From: Tubiluchus corallicola
Lineage: Eukaryota > Animalia > Priapulida
NCBI GenBank assembly: GCA_030141605.1
Contig: JAQGDQ010000191.1
Span: forward strand, 124,001 to 188,000
Reading direction: 5' to 3'
Length of the DNA: 64,000 bases
Every line of letters begins with the position of its first letter. Within the stretch, counting starts at the first letter, position 1. The notes under the pieces were generated by a model. The model did not search any database. It was not told the DNA's origin and saw nothing but the letters and a program-made list of their open reading frames with translations. Below, piece by piece: positions 56,022 to 64,000 of the stretch. A program made the translations under genes and the position numbers.

Positions 56022-57304
56022 TATAGAACGTAAATTAAAAATAACAAAATAGAGATCTACATGGATACTGGCTAAAACCCTGGTAGAAAAAGAGACAGCA
56101 GGCTTGGAGAGCTGGAGGAGGGAGGCGGGCGATGGTTGCAGTAGTCCAGCACAAAATTATTCAGTGCCTAAAATAGAAAAAATGGACATGAAAATTTGGC
56201 TTAATTTGCGAGTTCTAGTCCCTAGGTCTCAAGTTCAAGTCTCAAATTCAACACAATTTTTCGCGCCTTCCTTTTTTTCAGTCCACTTAGTTACTATGTT
56301 TACCATTGTTGAACAGAAACGAAAAAATATTGGTTTTGGCTTATGCCTGTAAAAACCAATTGTTGAGCAGTGGCTAGTAAATATAGCAGATATTTAAATT
56401 TATTTGACATTAAATTTTGTTTATCAGCACCTTAATATTCTTGTTATTGCATACAGCCGTAATGGATGTGGGCTCCTAACACGTTTGAAATAATATATCG
56501 GACGAACTAGGATTTGCATCAGATGAAACTAGAAATGAATAATACTAATACAATGTAGTTGACTTGAAGAAATTGCAAAGCAATTTTTGGCGAAAATAGT
56601 TCTTATTAATTGTAAGAACCGTGCAAGTGTTACTGATTGTTGGCGGCATCTGATTGCCACAGAACCCATAATTATAAACACAAAGTTGTAACACAAATAT
56701 GTGAGAGTTTGACAAGCAAAAACTCGATGTATTTTACTTTAATATATTTTCATTTTCAATTTCTGGCCTCTGTAATATTTACAGCTTGTAATCCACAGCA
56801 GCAACATTCTTTTGCTTTTAACTTTTACGCAGCATGTCATTTTTTGTATGATAGATCCTGATGTTTATCTTTGACTGAGAAATATTTATACAGAAAGTAC
56901 GTTAAACAATAATGTAAGTTTTTGTACCAGGGCCTCCTGCCACGAAGTTGTATTGGTGGCAGGGTCCCCCTCCTCAGATTGTGCTCCCATGGTGGTAATA
57001 GGGAGCTGAATCTTCTTTGCTTCTTTAATGACTCCAACTTCCCGATATTTTTGTTTGTTCTGAGTTGCTGCTAATGAAATAATATTATTATTGAAGCAAA
57101 TGACACCTCCGCAATAACATGGCATGAATATTAAACTTATTCAATGTACGCAGTTTTTCCAACTCTATTGTATTTGAATACTTTACTGTTTTGCTCTTCA
57201 AAGTTATGAACTGGAAACTTTTGCTTGCAACTACATTTTCAGAAAACATAGTTATATTCATTTTAGGTATCTCAGAAATGCGTTTTTACGGTTACGGAGG
57301 TTTA

Positions 57305-57450
57305 GACGCAAGCTGTTTCGACACAAACATTTTCGACACATAGGTTATTTGGACATTAGGCATTTTGGACACAGGATATTTGTACACATAGAACATTTCG
57401 ACACGCAGGACACTTGGGCACAAGGTAATTTTGACTCATAGGACCCACAA
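57305..57450 (+). repeat. Degenerate ~16-17-bp tandem motif (GGACATTTCGACAC-like), probable transposon subterminal repeats
   Basis: About 8 diverged copies of ACATTT(C/G)GACAC(A). Confidence 0.55.
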
Positions 57451-58339
57451 AGCTGAAAGTGCACTTTAGGTATTACGACACATTAGCTTTCGGCTGTGAA
57501 AGTTAGAACGGTTGCCAGAGTTGGAGGTTAAATAATTCGAAAATACATTTTATTGATACCGCTTGGAATATAGCTATCCGTAAATTATGGCAACTGCCGT
57601 AAAGAGCTCACACTTTCATTTTGCCCCATATTGCTGGTATCGTTCAGTTACGTAAGCACTTCGCTATACGGTTTTTGAAATTCTATGTAGCATGTGTAAA
57701 TAGTAGTAACTCGACAATTAACTTTATAGCCAAACATACATTATATGACGTAAACTCAATAATGGGTTTCAACTTGCATAAAATTGTTATAGGAAATAAT
57801 GTTACACTAGAAGATGCATTTAGATATTTCATGTATTACCTCGTAAAATTATAAAAAGATGCGAATTACGTTCCAAGCAGCTAGCCACAAAAAACTTAAC
57901 AATAGATTGTATAAATTGTATTGAAAACAGGAATTTTAATTTTTTACCAAAGTATCAATTGAGACAGATGTTAGAATATGTAGTATTTTTTTAAATTAAT
58001 TTCTCTGTCTTCCTGTGTGTAAATAATATCCGTGCTTGTTTTTTGTTGTTGTTGTTGTCAATGTTTAATATTTATTTTTACTTTTACTACTAGCTTACTA
58101 ATTTCTTTTAATTGAACAGCTTATGTAACTTAGCTGTACATATGTATTCGAAAATAGATGATGTTAATAATAAGTTTACAGCTTTAGTAGCTTTTAAGTT
58201 ATTGCCGTAACGCTTTCGCATGTTAGAAATTTGAATGCTGGAACAATGTCAGCTAATCATAAATGTTTACTGAAGAGCAGCTACATTGCGCATATGAGGT
58301 ATTCATAGATAGCAGCGAGACAATAAAGAAGTCAACCAG

Positions 58340-59095
58340 TTTAGGATCTTCATTACAGAATATAAAGCACTAATTCGCTATCAAAGAAAAAGGCATGTGA
58401 GTTGCAAAGAGCACGACGGGAAAAAATGGAACAATGCTTCTGTGAATAAGATAATATTAAAGATACGAAGCAGTGGTCCTAGTGGAGATACTAGTAAGCA
58501 ACCTGGAACTGGAAGTAGCCAACCAAGAATAGAATGCACACTCTCGAATCAGGAATTAGAAGAGAACATTTTTTCGCAGAAAAACGTGGCTGGCACAAAT
58601 AGGTCACTACGAGAAATTGTGCAAAGAGTAAGTGCACGACGGCCGTGCAGAACTGTTTGATGTAATGGAACTAAACCAAAAATTGTTGTGTGACGAGGCG
58701 AGGCACCAAATATCATTTTTAAAGTAGTGAAAAACTGTCTGCTATTGGAAGAAATGTTTCGTCTATGTAGTTTGCATTGAAAATGGTGGACACATAAAAC
58801 GCTTAATGTAAATTTTAACAATAGTGACATACGAAATTTTTCCAGCATTTACTTTCGTGACTTATTGTCTTAAAAGTAATGTATCTTTGGGAAAATTTAA
58901 GGAATGACCTAATATTTTTGTCATTTATACACAAAGTTTCCAAAGTGTGGTAATTTTGAAGCGATTTCGCTATTTTCATATCGTCATTTTCACACATTCA
59001 TTTTTTGCACCGCCTGATATGATAACGCTAATTATTGTACTGTCGCTACGCAAAATTTAAAACCAAGAAGTCGGCACCTTTTAGTATTTTGTGTA
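58340..59095 (+). mobile_element. Decayed, internally deleted Tc1/mariner-superfamily transposon
   Basis: N-terminal HTH-type text (KALIRY...KKWNNASVNKIILKI...GTGSSQP...EENIFSQKNVAGTNRSLREI) is followed within ~150 bp by the C-terminal signature WKK...IENGGHIKRLM* (58746-58811). The DDE/D core is absent. Confidence 0.7.
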
Positions 59096-60417
59096 CCAAT
59101 CTTAAACATAAGATTTTATTTTGTACTGCATTTAGTGCTTTACTTCCCCCGCTCTCGGGAATGTGGTGACCTAGCGGTTTCTGTTAGGCATTCCAGTTTG
59201 GCATTAAAATTTAATTAATTGGAGGTTTATAATATTATTAATGATAATCTTGACATGAGGATTATAATAAGTAATTTGCCAATGTTGTTTTACGTTGCTG
59301 ATTATTTTGTGTATGTAGAAAAGAAGGTGCATGTTTGTAAAGCAAATCGTGAAAATGTGCAGAAATATTCACAATGTGAATGTAACGTTTATTTGGCTGA
59401 GAAATCAGTAATACGTTAAAAGTGCAGTTATGTGTTGCATTGGTACATCCACATGTCACTGAGCTGCCAACAGGCTAGTAACGGTTTCGGTTGTGGTTAG
59501 GACATCGGTTGGCGATGGTATGGTTCTTAACACATGACATTGACGATACTCAGGTGATGACTGGAGCACTGTTTATAGTGACTGCATGAGGGAAAAGTTA
59601 AGAATGACTATGGTGATAATACTGATGATTTTCTTTGCGTTGACGTGACCAAAAAATGAAGCAATGGGCTTTCAATCTGCCATCGACCAAGAGAATGCTT
59701 TGTTTGCATCAACTGCTGCGACATCCCAGTGAGCACCGAATACTCACTTCTATCTAAGAGACAACGTATAGCATGATATTCGTGGTAAGTGCCATTTCTG
59801 TAAAGGCACCAAGAATCGACCATTTTCAAATCCAGCTAAACGTTGCTGTTTTCGCACAAATTTCTGTTTATACACTAACAATTGCTTTGAATGGTAACAA
59901 ACATTGAGAAATGTTGAAAAATTCACATAACTCCTAATATCTGACACAATTCAAATTATTTGGCTCCTCGTTTGTGCCGGTTATGCAGATGCTATAAATT
60001 ACATCATAATTACAACCATCTTGTCTAATGTCAAATTTTGTTCGTTTACAGCTTCGTAAGTTCATTCTCTTTACAGAAATATCAATATTGTTATCGGACT
60101 ATAGTAGCACACAGTGATTTTTAACAATATATAAATGCAGTATAATATTTGTTTGAAGTTTTTTGAGTATTATGATAATAACACTAGCCAATCTCACTTT
60201 GTTAGCTTCTCAGACACATATATACGAACGGTTGTCACAATTATAGCAGTTTAAATCTTAACTGTATGCTGGGCACGGGGCGTAACAAAAACTATTTACA
60301 GTTAATACAATAGTCACTACAAGAAATTAAGGAGAACGATAATACATGTACTCGCTGTTAACAGGATGTTATAAAAAATCTCAATGTGACGTAGAAGAAC
60401 ATATATTAGCAAAAAAA

Positions 60418-60423
60418 TTTATT
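60418..60423 (-). terminator. Candidate polyadenylation signal of the coiled-coil gene
   Basis: AATAAA on the minus strand ~270 nt downstream of the predicted stop. Confidence 0.4.
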
Positions 60424-60690
60424 TTTAAAGTGAGTAAAAGCAACGTACCTTATAAAGTTTACACAGTGGTTAAACTTGATTTGCTTTTCTCAATAAATAG
60501 TAACATTAAAATAAAATTCGATATTTTTGATAGATTAAAGACTAATAACTATTACAATTTTAATATTTTTTCTCTAACAAGTATAAGCTGATGGCAGTCA
60601 TGGCATTTTTGTTCCCACTTATGACTTGTTCTTTTATCACATAAAGCAGAAAAGCATAACAAAATGTGTATAAAATCACACACAGCGCCA

Positions 60691-60762
60691 TCAAACGGCA
60701 ATATTGTCCATTGGACTGGCATCGGTCATCTGAAGGCATTCCTTTATAAACATCTCGAAATC
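60691..60762 (-). CDS. Uncharacterised coiled-coil protein, predicted terminal exon
   Basis: Acceptor TATATTTTTAG; phase 0 gives DFEMFIKECLQMTDASPMDNIAV-stop, in frame with the donor at 61321. Confidence 0.7.
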   Translation of the reverse strand, partial: DFEMFIKECLQMTDASPMDNIAV

Positions 60763-61320
60763 CTAAAAATATAAGAGTAAACAGCACAAATAAAACGTAC
60801 ACACTGACTTATGCACCCCGTGTACAAAAATATTTTACACTTTCAACGATTTTTCTCTTTCTTTAAGCTCATGTATGCGAACTCATGTAAGCTCTAGTAA
60901 AATAATGAATTAAGAGAGAAATGTGTAAATAGTTACACATTATTCTAGGTCTTTGTTTTACCTCAAGAAAACTGCTCTTTTTTGATAATCTGTGAATTTA
61001 TTAAGCTTTAAGCTACTCTACGGGAAAATTAGTATCAATGATTCATACTGCAAAGTGTGTTCTGTGATGGGCATGCAGTGCCTTCAAATAATAGTTACAG
61101 TATGTACTTAACGACACCAATTTTACATTTGCACATTAGAAACATTGTGCACAGCATTTTAAAAAAGGTCTTAATCTCTGCAAGAAAGTAACGTCATTCA
61201 CTGATCAGAGAAAAATTATCACAAATTTAACCGCAAAGACTTGTGCCTCTTTAATACTGTTCTTAATGAAATATATTAAAATAATAAGTAGTCTGTCAGA
61301 GTAATAGGAAACGATAATAC

Positions 61321-61848
61321 CTCTATTATAGTTACTGTTTCGGAATTTATTCCTTTCAACGATATACTTTTCTCTGTTTCGTCATGCTCATTTATGAAAC
61401 TTCCTGTGTGTTTTGTATCTGTCAGAGTAATCGTTTCTGGTGCACTTTCTAAATTCCTAAACTCATCCATTATTTGCTCGTTTAATGATTTCTGTTTATC
61501 GACCCTAGGTGGCTGGCAGTCCGAAAATGTAGCCGCACCATGATTCTCGACATCTACCACATCTATTGACGTCTTCGGTGCTATTTCTATAGCCATGGAA
61601 TCCACTGGCAAGACATTTTCGGAATTACATGGTGCAACGTCCACGTTTTGCTTATTTTTTAAACTTTTCTTTTTACTGCCACGAAGTCGGAAATCAGCTA
61701 TGTTTGACACAAACTTCAACGGATGTGACTTTTTCTTAGAGCGTTGATTAAGAGCTGGTGACTGAACAGGAGAATTGATGGCACTGGATAGAGAGCTGTT
61801 GTCATCTTTAGCTGGCAGAGGAAGAACATCAGGTTGATGAAATGCAGT
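61321..61848 (-). CDS. Uncharacterised coiled-coil protein, internal exon (disordered, Ser/Lys/acidic)
   Basis: TTTCATAG acceptor, 528-nt open frame TAFHQPDV...TVTIIE, donor GAG|GTATTA. Alternatively it reads through to the stop at 61276. Confidence 0.8.
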
Positions 61849-62391
61849 CTATGAAATTAAAGTTACCATTAAAATATTTTTATAAAGTAATTTCTCACAG
61901 TATAGACTGCCTTGCCTTCTTTGAAGTTAAAAATGATTAACTCTGTTTGAGTGAAAACTTATAGTGGATGTATGATCAGTTCTGCTTTGAGTAATCAAGA
62001 TATCATACTTGAATAACGTTTCTTCTAAACGTCATTTATGGCAACAAAACAAACACACGTTTTGGTACTCTTTACTTGAATGACAGTAACAGGTGACAAT
62101 TGTAAATCATTATGAAATTACAATCAACAATAACCTGTCAATGACCATTAAATAATGGTGATCCAAGGCTGAGTATGAGTAACTACAATGTCATCGTATT
62201 GCATAAAAACATGCCACAGTTAAATTACAGCGCTTAGTGGCAGTTTTGACAAAAATCAAAGAAGAAAATGCACAATAATGCATAATGTTTGAAAAAGAAA
62301 GTGTGACACCACTGAGAGTTTTTGGTCATCCAACAGGCTGCACAACAATAAATTACATATTAGTTTATTTAGTATAAAAAGATCTAAATAC

Positions 62392-62679
62392 CTGGTTGCG
62401 CTTTTTTATACTATTGCTGAATTTTTGCAACTCCAGAACTCTTTCGCTACTCAGCCGTTGAACAGTTTGTAATCTCTGCTCTTCTTTCTCCTTCATGACG
62501 CTATCAATCTTATCCAAATCATTCGTCAACTCGTTTAGTTTCTGTTGCAGTTCTTCAGTACTGCCAGTCTGAGCAATCCTACTTCTGAAAACTTTGCTTC
62601 TCTTGCTGGGTTTAGAGACCAGCTTACTAGATTTTATTCTTAGTTGATTTTGTTCCAGTTGCTTCTGCACACTTTCCAC
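62392..62679 (-). CDS. Uncharacterised coiled-coil protein, internal exon
   Basis: TTTATCACAG acceptor; 288 nt VESVQKQLEQ...KKRNQ with heptad-like E/Q/K/L content; donor CAG|GTATTT. Confidence 0.85.
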
Positions 62680-63544
62680 CTGTGATAAATATAAAAGTTG
62701 CGCTTGCGTTTGAAATAGCAAATTAATTTATGAAATCCTGCCTCCTTTAACGCCAACAGATTGATTTTTGCCTTTGGTTGCAAAAACATCACACAACTGA
62801 CTGTGACAACCTCATTAAACAGAAAAATAGCAGTTGAATTTAGATTGAAATTAGTCTGATCTGCCAGCAAGGTGACCGGCTCATTTGTAGGCAAGAAAAG
62901 ACGGAAACAGATGAACAGGTTTCTTCCAGCTAATTATCTCTTTAGAAAAACAAGTCAATACCTAGATATATTGTAATTAGGAGTTTGCAGAACCTAAAGC
63001 GGCTAAAGATATCAACGCCAGCTGGATACTAAATCGGCTTTTATTAATGCTCGTCGAATTCCTATGATGCGTTGTTATGTGGCACAGAATCGTAAGCAGC
63101 TCCTTTACTTGGGAAATGTTATTAGAAAATTTTTATTCCTCTTCTTGTTACACCTGATTCTACTGCAAATGATTTTCAACCGAGAACACTGCTCGTTACT
63201 GCACTAGGTCATAGGAACATAGAAAAAACAAAGGTCAAAAGTCGAAGAGCGCATCTTCTCTTGTCACTTTTTTTTACATGTTTGGTACCTCAATTTCGTA
63301 GCACCTACAAAAAGTGGCTATTAAAAATTAAGCTTATGCTAATTTTCGTTCTAAATAGGACTCTTTCCAAAACACAATTATACGAGCTCAAATTTGTATT
63401 TTTATTCAGCTGCGTAAAAATGTGTCCCATTTCATGCAAAGTAGTTACTGTTTCCCGATGTAAGTCCGCTGAGTCCTCATGAGGGTAATGGTAGTAGCTT
63501 TACGCTTACAGTACTACATGTGATTATGTATACAGCACTACATA

Positions 63545-63630
63545 GTATTATTATTATTTTTTTATTTTTTTATTTTTTTTTATTATTATTATTATCATTA
63601 TTGTTGTTATTATTATTATTATTATCATCA
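63545..63630 (+). repeat. (ATT)n / T-rich low-complexity tract (intronic)
   Basis: Imperfect ATT repeats. Confidence 0.8.
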
Positions 63631-63798
63631 ATTCTTTCTGAGTAATGTATGCCATGCCATTTCACGCTAAGAACTATTGATATACAGCGTTCAGTAGTTT
63701 TTTGCCATTACTGCAACTGAATTTCTAACAGGTGTGTGACACTCATATTGATAAAAAAAGATATAACAATAGAGAAACACCATATAGAAATTTTTTAC

Positions 63799-63912
63799 CC
63801 TCAGCAACGTAGAAACTCGTCGCTGCCGAAGCTGAGTTAAATCTCTCAAAGTTTTCCTTTCTTCCTCTGTTTGAGCTCGCTCATACTTGATGTTAATATC
63901 GTGCTCTGTAAG
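63799..63912 (-). CDS. Uncharacterised coiled-coil protein, internal exon (gene continues beyond window)
   Basis: TTTTTTTCTGCCAG acceptor; 114 nt LTEHDINIKYERAQTEEERKTLRDLTQLRQRRVSTLLR; donor AGG|GTAAAA; phase 0/0. Confidence 0.8.
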
Positions 63913-64000
63913 CTGGCAGAAAAAAAGGTGAGAACATTAAACCACGAGATATGAAAATTTCAAATGCGTGGCAGCTAGTAAGGACACGCAGCACACTTAA

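Noticed and set aside
59262-59947. Additional minus-strand exons/ORFs
   Set aside because: Short, no recognisable motif, and downstream of the predicted stop and polyA signal of the coiled-coil gene.

Overview
This is AT-rich, intron-containing animal (invertebrate-like) nuclear DNA, not prokaryotic. It holds three supportable genes. (1) The terminal coding exon of a two-pore-domain (K2P/TWiK) potassium channel (+, 32863-33635); I could not find its upstream exons, so most of the first 32 kb is probably one large intron. (2) A complete 376-aa cytoplasmic-type actin gene (-, five coding exons 42139-38749, a non-coding first exon, and a CCAAT/CArG/TATA/Inr promoter), convergent with the channel gene. 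(3) The last four exons of an unrecognised coiled-coil protein gene (-, 63912-60691). Also present: a frameshifted galactose-3-O-sulfotransferase pseudogene truncated next to a foldback element; a structurally intact non-autonomous Helitron; MITEs; decayed hAT, Tc1/mariner, RTE and CR1/L2 remnants; tRNA-derived SINE heads; 35-bp and 22-bp minisatellites; and many microsatellites. There is no CRISPR array, rRNA or intact tRNA, and I see no convincing novel biological system. The most interesting signals are the recurring CArG + E-box modules around actin, the actin intron set and substitutions, the unknown gene, and the pseudogene/foldback junction.
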